Assembly (NCBI GenBank): GCA_041494705.1
Contig: JBGQBI010000005.1
Span: 210,001 to 242,000, forward strand
Length of the DNA: 32,000 bases
DNA from: Candidatus Methanoperedens sp.
GTDB taxonomy: Archaea > Halobacteriota > Methanosarcinia > Methanosarcinales > Methanoperedenaceae
Reading direction: 5' to 3'
Part shown: positions 23,567 through 32,000 of the stretch, one piece after another
Position numbering within the stretch: the stretch's first letter is position 1
Layout: each line of letters starts with the position of its first letter
Position numbers and translations under genes: made by a program
The notes under the pieces: model-generated
The model's input: only the letters and a program-made list of their open reading frames with translations
Database searches by the model: none
What the model was told of the DNA's origin: nothing

Positions 23567-24502
23567 TTAATCCGCCATTGCCCTGACAAAATCCCGTTCT
23601 GTTATGATGCCCTTAAGTTCGCCTTCTTCAAGCACTGGAAGCGAACCGACATTCTTATCAAGCATGACGCTTGCAGCCTCTCCTAAATCCACATCAGATT
23701 TCGTAAAAATTACATCTCTTCTTATAAGAGTGCTGATGGGTACTTCAAAAACCTCTCTGGCGTTTCCGGTAACAAGCCGGTTGAACATGTCGCCGCTTCC
23801 CAGGAAACGCATAATGTCAGAAGCCGTAATTATGCCTATCAGGACATTATCCCGGATTACGGGAAGTCTCCTGAAACCATTATTTATCATGGATTTTGCT
23901 GCAATCCCGATTGACATATCGGCCGGGGCGGTTACTATATTTTTGCTCATGTATTCATCTATTGTCTTGCCCGTGATAATTCCGGATATCAGAAAAACAA
24001 AGTCCCTTTCTGAGATGATGGATTTTACTCTCTCCTCTCCGTCAAGGATGGGAATCCCGCCGATATTTTCTTTTATCATCGTATCCATTGCATCCTTAAG
24101 CGAATCTTTTTCATTGAGCGTTACAACATTCTCTTCCATTATCTCGCTTATACTGCCGTTAACGGCTGCAAGCAGGTTTCCTTTGAACCTGTTCTTTACT
24201 ATAAGGTTTCTTTGACCGCCTCCAAGAAAATCCACAATATCCTGCGAGGTCACTATTCCTTTTAGGCGGCTGGTACCCGCATCAACCACCGGGAGTCTCC
24301 TGAAACCGTGCTTCAACATGGTCTTGACTGCCTCAATCACCGGCATCGTAGGGGGTATTGTCACAACTTCCCTTGATGCTACTGTCATTATATCGCCAGA
24401 TTTTTCAGAAATCCTTGATTTAAAATCAATTGGCGCCATATTCCGCATATACCCTCTGGGGTCCTGTTGTTTTTTTTTCATGGTTATGTTGCTAAAATTC
24501 AT
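23567..24502 (-). CDS. CBS-domain-only protein (four CBS motifs, N-terminal extension), paralog 3
   Basis: There are four CBS repeats, with GFRRLPV appearing twice, and a basic N-terminal extension of about 40 aa. The ribosome-binding site is AGGTG. The downstream spacer is 9 nt. Confidence 0.88.
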   Translation of the reverse strand: MNFSNITMKKKQQDPRGYMRNMAPIDFKSRISEKSGDIMTVASREVVTIPPTMPVIEAVKTMLKHGFRRLPVVDAGTSRLKGIVTSQDIVDFLGGGQRNLIVKNRFKGNLLAAVNGSISEIMEENVVTLNEKDSLKDAMDTMIKENIGGIPILDGEERVKSIISERDFVFLISGIITGKTIDEYMSKNIVTAPADMSIGIAAKSMINNGFRRLPVIRDNVLIGIITASDIMRFLGSGDMFNRLVTGNAREVFEVPISTLIRRDVIFTKSDVDLGEAASVMLDKNVGSLPVLEEGELKGIITERDFVRAMAD

Positions 24503-24511
24503 AAAGCACCT

Positions 24512-25285
24512 TTAGATGAACGCTTTGATTATATCACTTCTATCAACTATACCTGCAAGTTTCCCGCCATTGACTACAGAAAGCCTCCCTACATCAAGCT
24601 TCATAAAAGCCTGTACCGCTTCCTTCAAACTCGTTTCAGGAGTTAAAGAATATGCAGGAGTGCTCATAATCTTTTCTACAGGCGGCGACATGGAAGACCT
24701 CGTCCCCTGCTCATCCTCCCTCTCGATTCTCGCATAGCCTGCGTTGATAATATTACGCCGGGTGACCATTCCGATAAGTTTGTCATTTTTTACCACGGGC
24801 AAACCTGAAAAACCTGTTTCTTTCATGTTCAGCCAGACTTTGGCAACATTGTCCTTAGAAGAACATGTTTTTACATCGGTGGTCATTACCTCGCTTATCT
24901 TCTTTGAAGGAATTTTATCTAAGTCAAGGTTCCTGAAAATATCAACCATGCTCAAAATACCTGCAAGCGTCATATCCTGCCCGGATTTCAATACAGGAGT
25001 GCGACCCACGCCTGCCTCTATCATCAATCTGGCAGCCTGCATCATATCCATATCAGGATATACAAACGGGAACTCAGACATGAATCCTTCAACTGTTACA
25101 TTTGATTTTGTGGAATATATGTTCAACAATTCCTTCTCATTTAATATCCCGATGACCCTGTTCTTATTATCCACCACTGGCACCGTGCGAAAATGCCTGT
25201 CCCTCATCAACTGGCGCGCATGTGTCATAAATTCTGTACCGTGAATAAAAACAGGGTTTTTGGTCATTACATTTTTTACTTTCAT
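24512..25285 (-). CDS. CBS-domain-only protein (four CBS motifs), paralog 2
   Basis: There are four CBS repeats. The ribosome-binding site is AAGGAG. The downstream spacer is 9 nt. Confidence 0.88.
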   Translation of the reverse strand: MKVKNVMTKNPVFIHGTEFMTHARQLMRDRHFRTVPVVDNKNRVIGILNEKELLNIYSTKSNVTVEGFMSEFPFVYPDMDMMQAARLMIEAGVGRTPVLKSGQDMTLAGILSMVDIFRNLDLDKIPSKKISEVMTTDVKTCSSKDNVAKVWLNMKETGFSGLPVVKNDKLIGMVTRRNIINAGYARIEREDEQGTRSSMSPPVEKIMSTPAYSLTPETSLKEAVQAFMKLDVGRLSVVNGGKLAGIVDRSDIIKAFI

Positions 25286-25351
25286 AGTCTCATACTCCTT
25301 TTATTGCGCATATATTTGTTACTTAAATAAAATCCCAAATTTACTGCGTCT

Positions 25352-25900
25352 TTAAGTCTCTCTGCAACTCTCACAAAGAAGTTTTCCATCTACAAGTAAC
25401 AGGGTATCAACATTATCGCCGCATTCCTCGCATATCCCACGATTGATATTTTGAGGAACCTCCATTGAAAAAACCTTCTCCCGGTGCATCTTGATGAGGT
25501 CGGAGAAAATACTGCCCATCTCGGCTGAAATCGCGATGAGGTCGGTATCCGTGACGATGCCCACGAGTTTCCCATTTTCCACAACAGGTAATCGCCTTAT
25601 CTCCATTTTCACCATCTTATGCATGGTATCGGTAACATCCTCTTCGGTATTTATGGTTATCAGGGGAGTGGTCATCAATTCTCTCATGGAAATATCCTCC
25701 GGTTTAAGATTCCTGGATACGATTTTCCTGACAATATCACGCTCTGTGATTATTCCAACCGGTTGCTTTCTATCTGTGATAATGATGCTGCCAACATCAT
25801 AGTCTAACATTTTTTTTGCTAATTTCTGGACATCACTTTTTATGTCAATGGTAACTACATCCCTGGTCATTATTTCTTTTACCGGCATCTTAACTTCCAT
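25352..25900 (-). CDS. CBS pair protein with C-terminal zinc ribbon, paralog 1
   Basis: Two CBS repeats are followed by CEECGDNVDTLLLVDGKLLCESC (CxxC...CxxC). The ribosome-binding site is GGGAGGAT. Confidence 0.88.
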   Translation of the reverse strand: MEVKMPVKEIMTRDVVTIDIKSDVQKLAKKMLDYDVGSIIITDRKQPVGIITERDIVRKIVSRNLKPEDISMRELMTTPLITINTEEDVTDTMHKMVKMEIRRLPVVENGKLVGIVTDTDLIAISAEMGSIFSDLIKMHREKVFSMEVPQNINRGICEECGDNVDTLLLVDGKLLCESCRET

Positions 25901-26020
25901 AGTAATCCTCCCTATACGTAACTATGTATTTTGATGTGTTTAAATGTTATGTTAGCTGCTACTAATATGGCATCAAGTTAAAAATAAATACAATATTTCG
26001 ATTTTAACCGGCTTTCCGCC

Positions 26021-26431
26021 CTATTCTTTTAGCATCCTGACCATTTTTATTGCAGCCTCGACTGCCCGCTTTGCGTACTCCACGCGCTCATGAGCATCAA
26101 GCCTGCTCATTCCAGGGCCTGATATTCCAAGAGTTATGGGTTTCCCGTATTCAAGAGCAAGGTCGGCTATCTTCCTTGAGGCGTGCTGTATAACTATCTC
26201 ATCGTGTTTTGTCGCTCCCTGTATCACGCACCCTATTGTGACTACGGCATCAATTGTTTCATCCTCGGCAAGTTTTTTTACTGCAAGGGGCATGTCAAAA
26301 ACCCCAGGGACGTATAATATTTTCCCAACAGAAGCTCCAAGAAAAGCTGCATGTTCTTTTCCAAGGGTCTCCATCTGGATTGTTAAATCACGATTGAATT
26401 CTGAAACCACAAATCCTAATTTTATACTCAT
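26021..26431 (-). CDS. ribH: 6,7-dimethyl-8-ribityllumazine synthase
   Basis: The 136-aa product reads LGFVVSEFNRDLT...VPGVFDMPLAVKKL...DAVVTIGCVIQGATKHDEIV, typical of the short archaeal RibH. Confidence 0.88.
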   Translation of the reverse strand: MSIKLGFVVSEFNRDLTIQMETLGKEHAAFLGASVGKILYVPGVFDMPLAVKKLAEDETIDAVVTIGCVIQGATKHDEIVIQHASRKIADLALEYGKPITLGISGPGMSRLDAHERVEYAKRAVEAAIKMVRMLKE

Positions 26432-26561
26432 TTTAGCACCTGAATTTGTTATATTATTTGATTCATCTATATATTTTTCGATAGAGTTTTTTGGCTAAAA
26501 GCCCGGCGTTCGATACTACGGCATGAATCCATGAAACATTTATATCCCTTATTAATGTATG

Positions 26562-26610
26562 AAAAACTTTAGGAAAGTTTTATCAAAAGAAGGGGATATT
26601 TTATATCCCC
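26562..26610 (+). repeat. ilvC-flanking motif, copy 1 (promoter-like AT-rich flank plus 8-bp hairpin)
   Basis: AAAAACTTTAGGAAAGTTTTATCAAAAGAA-GGGGATAT-TTT-ATATCCCC, located 54 nt upstream of the ilvC ATG. Confidence 0.75.
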
Positions 26611-26663
26611 TATACGTCCTAAAGGGGCGTAACCATTTATGAAAGGAGAAGAAGGAACCAATT

Positions 26664-27659
26664 ATGGTGAAAATATTCTATGACAAGGATGCAGACTTAA
26701 ACGTATTGAAGAATAAGACCATTGCAGTAATCGGTTATGGCAGCCAGGGAGCAGGACAGGCGCAGAATCTTCATGATTCAGGACTCGATGTTATAGTGGG
26801 CGTCCGCAAGGGCGGCGAATCCTGGGCGCAGGCAAAGACTGACGGTCTCTCAGTGACGACAATGGCAGACGCGGCTAAAAAGGGAGATTTAATCCAGATT
26901 CTTGTGCCGGATGAGATACAGGGCGCTATCTACTCAAGCGAAATCGCCCCCAACATCAGCAAAGGCAAAACGCTGTGTTTCTCGCACGGCTTTAATATCC
27001 ATTTTAACCAGATTGTGCCACCAAAGGACGTGGATGTAATAATGGTCGCACCTAAAGGACCCGGCTTCCTTGTAAGGCGCACTTATACCGAGGGCAACGG
27101 CGTTCCTGGGCTTCTTGCCATATACCAGGACGCTTCCGGCTCGGCGTGGGATACGGGCATGGCTTATGCGAAAGGCATCGGAGCCACACGTGCCGGCGTG
27201 ATAGAGACTACTTTCAAGGAGGAGACCGAGACTGACCTTTTTGGCGAGCAGGTTGACCTGTGCGGCGGCTGCGCGAGCATGATAAAGGCATCCTTTGAGA
27301 CGCTTGTCGAGGCGGGATACCAGCCAGAGATTGCATATTTTGAGACATTGCATGAATTAAAACTCATAGTTGACCTGATTCATGAAGGCGGCTTGAGCAA
27401 GATGTGGTATTACGTATCCAACACAGCAGAGTACGGAGGCATGACCGTTGGTCCGAAGATAATAAATGAACAGTCGCGCCTGGCTATGAAAGAGGCGCTT
27501 CGCAGGATTCAGAGCGGGGAGTTCGCCCGCGAGTTCGTGCTTGAAGGCAGGACGAACAGGCCTGTACTGAATGCACTTGAGAGACAGGAGAAAGAGCACC
27601 AGATAGAGAAGGTGGGGAAAGAACTGCGAGCCATGATGCCGTGGCTTAAAAAAGATTAA
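26664..27659 (+). CDS. ilvC: Ketol-acid reductoisomerase (class I)
   Basis: The NADP-binding motif is [17 protein letters not shown]. The product is 331 aa, with a GAAAGGAG ribosome-binding site upstream. Confidence 0.95.
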   Translation: MVKIFYDKDADLNVLKNKTIAVIGYGSQGAGQAQNLHDSGLDVIVGVRKGGESWAQAKTDGLSVTTMADAAKKGDLIQILVPDEIQGAIYSSEIAPNISKGKTLCFSHGFNIHFNQIVPPKDVDVIMVAPKGPGFLVRRTYTEGNGVPGLLAIYQDASGSAWDTGMAYAKGIGATRAGVIETTFKEETETDLFGEQVDLCGGCASMIKASFETLVEAGYQPEIAYFETLHELKLIVDLIHEGGLSKMWYYVSNTAEYGGMTVGPKIINEQSRLAMKEALRRIQSGEFAREFVLEGRTNRPVLNALERQEKEHQIEKVGKELRAMMPWLKKD

Positions 27660-27709
27660 AAACCTTTGGGAAAGATTTATCAAACGAAGGGGTATGCGAA
27701 GCATACCCC
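27658..27709 (+). repeat. ilvC-flanking motif, copy 2 (same flank, different 9-bp hairpin)
   Basis: AAAAACCTTTGGGAAAGATTTATCAAACGAA-GGGGTATGC-GAA-GCATACCCC begins inside the ilvC stop codon. Confidence 0.75.
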
Positions 27710-27799
27710 AACACTGCGCAAGCCGAAGTATCGGCTTATGATGGCAAATTGCCATCATTTTAGTGTTGAATTACGTCTCAACTTTCAACCGGATAATAT

Positions 27800-28138
27800 T
27801 CAGGTCACAATCACTTTTCCTTTCATGGTTGGATGGATGTGGCACTGATATTCAAATGTCCCGGTCTCGTTAAATGTAAAGCTATATGTCTGTCCCTGGC
27901 TCAATATCGGTGAATCGATATCGTTTCCTATTCCGGTTACAGTGTGCTGCACGCTATCCCGGTTGGTCCACGTCACCGTGGTCCCTTTTGCAATAGTTAT
28001 GGTATCCGGGTTAAATGCATAACCCTTAATCTCCACAGTATTGGCGGCCGCAGGTTGGGTCTGTGTTTTAGGTCCGTATGTGCAACCGCTTGCCAGTACG
28101 GCGATTATTAAAAAGCTTATTAGCCATATCTTTCCCAT
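27800..28138 (-). CDS. Cupredoxin (plastocyanin/amicyanin-like blue copper lipoprotein)
   Basis: ATG at 28138 is preceded by GGAGGT. The signal peptide has a lipobox (LASGC). The type-1 Cu ligand pattern is QHTV...YQCHIHPTMKG (His, Cys, His, Met). I discard the upstream 36 codons in the ORF track. Confidence 0.85.
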   Translation of the reverse strand: MGKIWLISFLIIAVLASGCTYGPKTQTQPAAANTVEIKGYAFNPDTITIAKGTTVTWTNRDSVQHTVTGIGNDIDSPILSQGQTYSFTFNETGTFEYQCHIHPTMKGKVIVT

Positions 28139-28310
28139 TTTAACCTCCTTAGAATATACATGCACATATACACTACTTATAATTTTTTGCTTTGGAATTA
28201 TGAGTTCGTTTGACCTGAAAAGTAAAAATGTGACATTATAAATCATGTTATTTTAAAAATGTTGTTAGAAAACTATAAATATTGATGTTATAACATATAT
28301 GCTGCAAATA

Positions 28311-28333
28311 AATGTGATATATTAATTCACATT
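28311..28333. promoter_or_regulatory. Inverted repeat AATGTGA-N9-TCACATT upstream of the HTH gene (candidate operator)
   Basis: A perfect 7-bp inverted repeat lies about 17 nt upstream of the TTG start. A second 12-nt palindrome, ATGTTATAACAT, is at 28285-28296. Confidence 0.4.
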
Positions 28334-28349
28334 AATTTAGGAGATTTAC

Positions 28350-28787
28350 TTGAAAATTGTATCAAAGCCTTTGCTGTATACACCCGAATGGCTGGTCTCA
28401 TTTGAAAAAGAAGCAGCTTCTGAAATTATCCTGTATCAGGATACTGGTAAAGTGATTCGTGAATACAGGACGAGATATGGAATGTCTCAGGAACAACTTG
28501 GAGCTTTGATGGACCTGCGGCGCGAATCCATATCGCGTATTGAAAATGGAAGTGTGACGCCAACATTGGGTTTTATCAAAAAATTCATTAATGCAGTATC
28601 TTTGATTGAGGCAATCCGTGTCGAGAGGGCGCAGCATAAGGAAATCGATGTTCATTTTCTTGAGAATCTGGCAAAGGAACTTGGTTTTTCGCGTGAAGAA
28701 CTTACGGGAATCATTAAAGTGGCAGTAGAAAGTTACGATAAAAAACTCATTAAAATTCAAAAATCGTTAAAGGAGAAAAAAATATGA
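28350..28787 (+). CDS. XRE-family helix-turn-helix transcriptional regulator
   Basis: The HTH_3 signature is YRTRYGMSQEQLGALMDLRRESISRIENGSVTPTL. The TTG start is preceded by AGGAG. Its stop overlaps the ppsA ATG (ATGA). Confidence 0.75.
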   Translation: MKIVSKPLLYTPEWLVSFEKEAASEIILYQDTGKVIREYRTRYGMSQEQLGALMDLRRESISRIENGSVTPTLGFIKKFINAVSLIEAIRVERAQHKEIDVHFLENLAKELGFSREELTGIIKVAVESYDKKLIKIQKSLKEKKI

Positions 28788-31069
28788 CAGAGGATTCAGT
28801 TATCTGGCTTGAAGAGGTAGGAAAGGAAGATATAGCGATCGTGGGCGGCAAAGGTGCAAGCCTCGGCGAGATGTTGCGCGCTGAACTCCCTGTTCCCTCT
28901 GGATTTGCCGTAACAGCGCAGGCTTTTCGCAGGTTTATAGACGAAAATGGAATAAACGATGAACTTTTCAGCTCCCTTGAAGTGGATGTCGATAATGCAG
29001 ATATTTTAAGGGATGCAGAAAAAAAGGCAAAAAAAATCATCATGGGAGCAAAAATCCCCGCTGATATGGAAAAGAGCATAAAGTCAAAGTACAGGGACCT
29101 GTGCAAACGAGAGAAAGATGAAGTTTTCGTGGCCGTGCGTTCAAGCGCCACAGCCGAAGATTTACCAGATGCCAGTTTCGCCGGACAGCAGGACACCTTC
29201 CTTAATATCAGAGGAGAGCAGAACGTACTTGATGCGGTCAAGAAATGCTGGGCATCACTTTATGGCGCGCGGGCTATCTATTACAGGGTAAAACAGGGAT
29301 TTGACCACCGTAAAGTCAACCTCTGCGCTGTCGTGCAGATGATGGTGGACGCAGAGAAGGCAGGCGTGATGTTCTCGTCCCATCCGTCCACAGGTGAGCC
29401 TGTCACGATTATCGAAGGCGCGTGGGGACTTGGTGAAACCGTGGTATCAGGGTCGGTTTCGCCTGATTATTATCTGGTGGATAAAAAGTCAAGGACCATA
29501 AAAGAGCGAAAAATCGCCACTAAAAACGTCATGCACACAAAAGACCCAAAAACCGGCAAAACCATCGATATTCCTGTACCTGCTGACAAGAAAAACGCAA
29601 AGGTGCTTGACGATGATGAGATATTGAAACTCGTTGAGTTCGGAGACGTTCTTGAAGAGCTTTACGGAATACCACAGGATATTGAGTGGGCGATAAAGAA
29701 TAAAGAGATATTCATCCTCCAGTCAAGACCTATTACAACAATAAAGAAGAAAAAAGAGACAAAAGAAAAAGTAGCAACTTCTGCTATTCTTGAAGGGCTT
29801 GGAGCTTCCCCGGGAATCGCATACGGCGAAGCAAAACTCATAAGCGATGCAAGCGAACTCGGAAAGGTCAAGCATGGCGATATTCTTGTGGCTGTGATGA
29901 CCACGCCGGACATGGTGCCGGCGATGAAACGCGCCGCTGCTATAGTGACTGACGAGGGCGGGCTTACATGCCATGCAGCCATTGTATCGCGCGAACTTGG
30001 CTGCCCTGCGGTCGTGGGAACACGGAAGGCAACAGAACTATTGTCCGATGGCATGAAAATCACTGTGGACGGTGAAAAGGGGCTTGTTTTCGAAGGCAAA
30101 AAAGAAGCTGCAATGCCTGCGGCAGCGCATTCCGAAAAGGCGCCTGTTTCTTTTGCCAGAACCAAACCCATTACGGCAACCGAGGTTAAGGTTAATGTAT
30201 CCATTCCCGAAGCCACGGCGCGGGCTGTTGAGACACAGGCCGACGGCGTTGGGCTTCTGCGTATCGAGCACATGATACTTGGTCTTCCCAAACACCCCAA
30301 GCAGTACATAAAGGAAGGAAAAGCGGATGAATATGTAAATGAACTTGTTTCGCGCATCCAGACGGTGGTGGATGCGTTCTATCCCAAGCCTGTGTGGGTG
30401 CGGACGCTTGATGCGCCCACTGACGAATTCAGGGCGATGGAAGGCGGCGAAGGAGAGCCGATTGAACCGAATCCCATGCTGGGATACCGCGGCATAAGGC
30501 GCGACCTTATAGATACTGAACATTTCGAGCTTGAGGTAAGGGCCTTCAAGGAATTAATCAAGCGCGGCTACAACAATATGGGCATCATGATTCCTCTTGT
30601 GCAGCATCCTTCGGAGCTTCGCCGCGCAAAAGAGTTCATGAAAAATGGCGGGCTTGATATCGAAAAGCTTGATATCGGGATAATGGTGGAAATCCCGGCT
30701 GCGGCGCTAATAATCGACCAGTTCATAGCCGAGGGGCTGGATTTTGTGAGCTTCGGCACAAACGACCTCACGCAGTACACGCTTGCTGTTGATAGGAATA
30801 ATGAGCATGTGGCGCATCTTTACAATGAGATGCATCCTGCTGTGATGAAGCTCATCGAGCATGTGATTATCGAATGCAATAAGGCGGGTGTGAAAACAAG
30901 CATCTGCGGGCAGGCTGGGAGCAACCCGAAGGTTGCAAAGAGGCTTGTGGAGCTTGGGATTACGAGTATTTCCGCGAATATTGATGCTGTGGAGGCTGTG
31001 AGAGATATGGTGGCGAGGACGGAGTTGCAGTTGCTGCTGAAGGCGGCTCGAGAAAAACAGAATAAATGA
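28784..31069 (+). CDS. ppsA: Phosphoenolpyruvate synthase (pyruvate, water dikinase)
   Basis: The product has an N-terminal ATP-grasp domain (VGGKGASLGEM), the phosphohistidine swivel domain GGLTCHAAIVSRELG, and a C-terminal PEP-utilising TIM barrel (FGTNDLTQY). It is 761 aa. Confidence 0.95.
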   Translation: MTEDSVIWLEEVGKEDIAIVGGKGASLGEMLRAELPVPSGFAVTAQAFRRFIDENGINDELFSSLEVDVDNADILRDAEKKAKKIIMGAKIPADMEKSIKSKYRDLCKREKDEVFVAVRSSATAEDLPDASFAGQQDTFLNIRGEQNVLDAVKKCWASLYGARAIYYRVKQGFDHRKVNLCAVVQMMVDAEKAGVMFSSHPSTGEPVTIIEGAWGLGETVVSGSVSPDYYLVDKKSRTIKERKIATKNVMHTKDPKTGKTIDIPVPADKKNAKVLDDDEILKLVEFGDVLEELYGIPQDIEWAIKNKEIFILQSRPITTIKKKKETKEKVATSAILEGLGASPGIAYGEAKLISDASELGKVKHGDILVAVMTTPDMVPAMKRAAAIVTDEGGLTCHAAIVSRELGCPAVVGTRKATELLSDGMKITVDGEKGLVFEGKKEAAMPAAAHSEKAPVSFARTKPITATEVKVNVSIPEATARAVETQADGVGLLRIEHMILGLPKHPKQYIKEGKADEYVNELVSRIQTVVDAFYPKPVWVRTLDAPTDEFRAMEGGEGEPIEPNPMLGYRGIRRDLIDTEHFELEVRAFKELIKRGYNNMGIMIPLVQHPSELRRAKEFMKNGGLDIEKLDIGIMVEIPAAALIIDQFIAEGLDFVSFGTNDLTQYTLAVDRNNEHVAHLYNEMHPAVMKLIEHVIIECNKAGVKTSICGQAGSNPKVAKRLVELGITSISANIDAVEAVRDMVARTELQLLLKAAREKQNK

Positions 31070-31086
31070 GACGGGAGTAATCGTAC

Positions 31087-31935
31087 TTGACCGCCCCCAC
31101 CCTCCCCATCCTCGACAACCACATGCACCTCAACCCCGCGGGCAGGTGCCTCGAAGCAGTCCGCGAATTCGCGCGCGCCGGGGGAACGCATATCGTGCTT
31201 GTGTCGCTCCCGCCCTGGTCGCTGGGCATCGAGATAAATGCGCCCGAGGATTACAGGCAGGTTTTTGATAAGGTTTTAAAAATAGCGCGGCGCGCCGAGG
31301 AAGTCGAAAAAGTAAAGGTATTCGTTGTGCTCGGCGTGCATCCAGCCGAACTGACAAAATATTACGGGCGCCTCGGACTTACGCACGCCGTGGAAATAAT
31401 GAAGGGCGGGCTTGAAATAGCGCGCGAATATGTTGAAAAAGGTCTTGCCGTGGGATTGAAGTCCGGGCGCCCCCATTATGAAGTCGAGCCGAAAATATGG
31501 GACGCTTCAAACGATATAATGCGCCACAGCTTCACGCTGGCAAAAGATGCAGGCTGCGCCGTGCAGCTTCATACCGAAAGCGCCACGGAGGAAGGGCTCT
31601 CTGAAATTGCAGGGATTGCCAGGGAAGCAGGTTTGCAGCCTGAGAAAGTGGTCAAGCATTTCTCGCCGCCGATGGTTAAAATATGCGAGAAATATGGCAT
31701 TTTCCCGAGCGTCCTTGCAAGCGAGGATGCCATAGAAAAAGCCCTTTCTGAAGGCACGCGTTTCATGATGGAAACGGATTACATTGACGACCTTAAAAGA
31801 CCGGGTTCGGTGCTCGGGCCAAAGACCGTCCCGAAGAGGACAAAACAACTGATACCGGAATGGGGCGAGGATGTGTTCTGGAAGATACACAAAGAGAATC
31901 CTGAGAAAGTGTACGGCGTGGAAATTAATATTTAA
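31087..31935 (+). CDS. TatD-related metal-dependent hydrolase
   Basis: The N-terminal ILDNHMHL (HxH) and later VQLHTE and METDY motifs fit the TatD/amidohydrolase fold. The TTG start is inferred. Confidence 0.7.
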   Translation: MTAPTLPILDNHMHLNPAGRCLEAVREFARAGGTHIVLVSLPPWSLGIEINAPEDYRQVFDKVLKIARRAEEVEKVKVFVVLGVHPAELTKYYGRLGLTHAVEIMKGGLEIAREYVEKGLAVGLKSGRPHYEVEPKIWDASNDIMRHSFTLAKDAGCAVQLHTESATEEGLSEIAGIAREAGLQPEKVVKHFSPPMVKICEKYGIFPSVLASEDAIEKALSEGTRFMMETDYIDDLKRPGSVLGPKTVPKRTKQLIPEWGEDVFWKIHKENPEKVYGVEINI

Positions 31936-32000
31936 ATTTTAACTTGCGGTTTCACCGGTATAATTATGGTATTACTGTTATTTTCTGGTTCTCCAGGTCC

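Noticed and set aside
21939-25807. Many plus-strand ORFs of 60-260 aa running antisense through the CBS gene array, for example 22182-22961, 23604-24215 and 24744-25244
   Set aside because: Their translations are low-complexity and Ser/Thr/Ile/Leu-rich with no motifs. They lie fully inside the minus-strand CBS genes, which have clear repeated domain signatures and ribosome-binding sites. They are shadow ORFs.
28139-28246. The N-terminal 36-codon extension of the cupredoxin ORF
   Set aside because: The internal ATG at 28138 has a GGAGGT ribosome-binding site and starts a canonical lipoprotein signal peptide. The extension is AT-rich promoter-like sequence.

Overview
This window looks like a chromosomal segment from a methanogen-like or ANME-like euryarchaeon. 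The evidence is archaeal-type tRNAs with BRE/TATA-like promoters, a DacZ-type diadenylate cyclase, an AMA-type AAA ATPase, an Rnl3/Pab1020-type RNA ligase, an archaeal class III signal-peptide pilin, and a c-type cytochrome plus a cupredoxin. Most of the window is housekeeping: a QueD/PTPS-like gene, purL, a MetE-like gene, argG, mtaD, trpS, ribH, ilvC, ppsA, a TatD-like gene and three tRNAs (Val-CAC, Ala-GGC, Ile-GAU). Five things are not ordinary. (1) An accessory trio lies downstream of a duplicated purL 3' end: an HNH nuclease, a C45 Ntn-hydrolase and a streptavidin-like protein that has no room for a signal peptide and keeps nearly all biotin-contact residues. (2) A roughly 130-nt element built around a 27-bp imperfect hairpin occurs three times, always in the same orientation and always about 50-60 nt upstream of a plus-strand gene. 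(3) A small-gene island (9.4-11.7 kb) is organised by three copies of a repeated module containing a hairpin box and a promoter-like segment. (4) One minus-strand operon carries five tandem CBS-only paralogs, translationally coupled at its end to the RNA ligase. (5) ilvC is bracketed by two copies of a roughly 50-nt motif whose hairpin stems differ in sequence but both pair perfectly. No CRISPR array, rRNA, transposase or integrase gene is visible. All functional calls come from reading motifs in the supplied translations. No database search was run.
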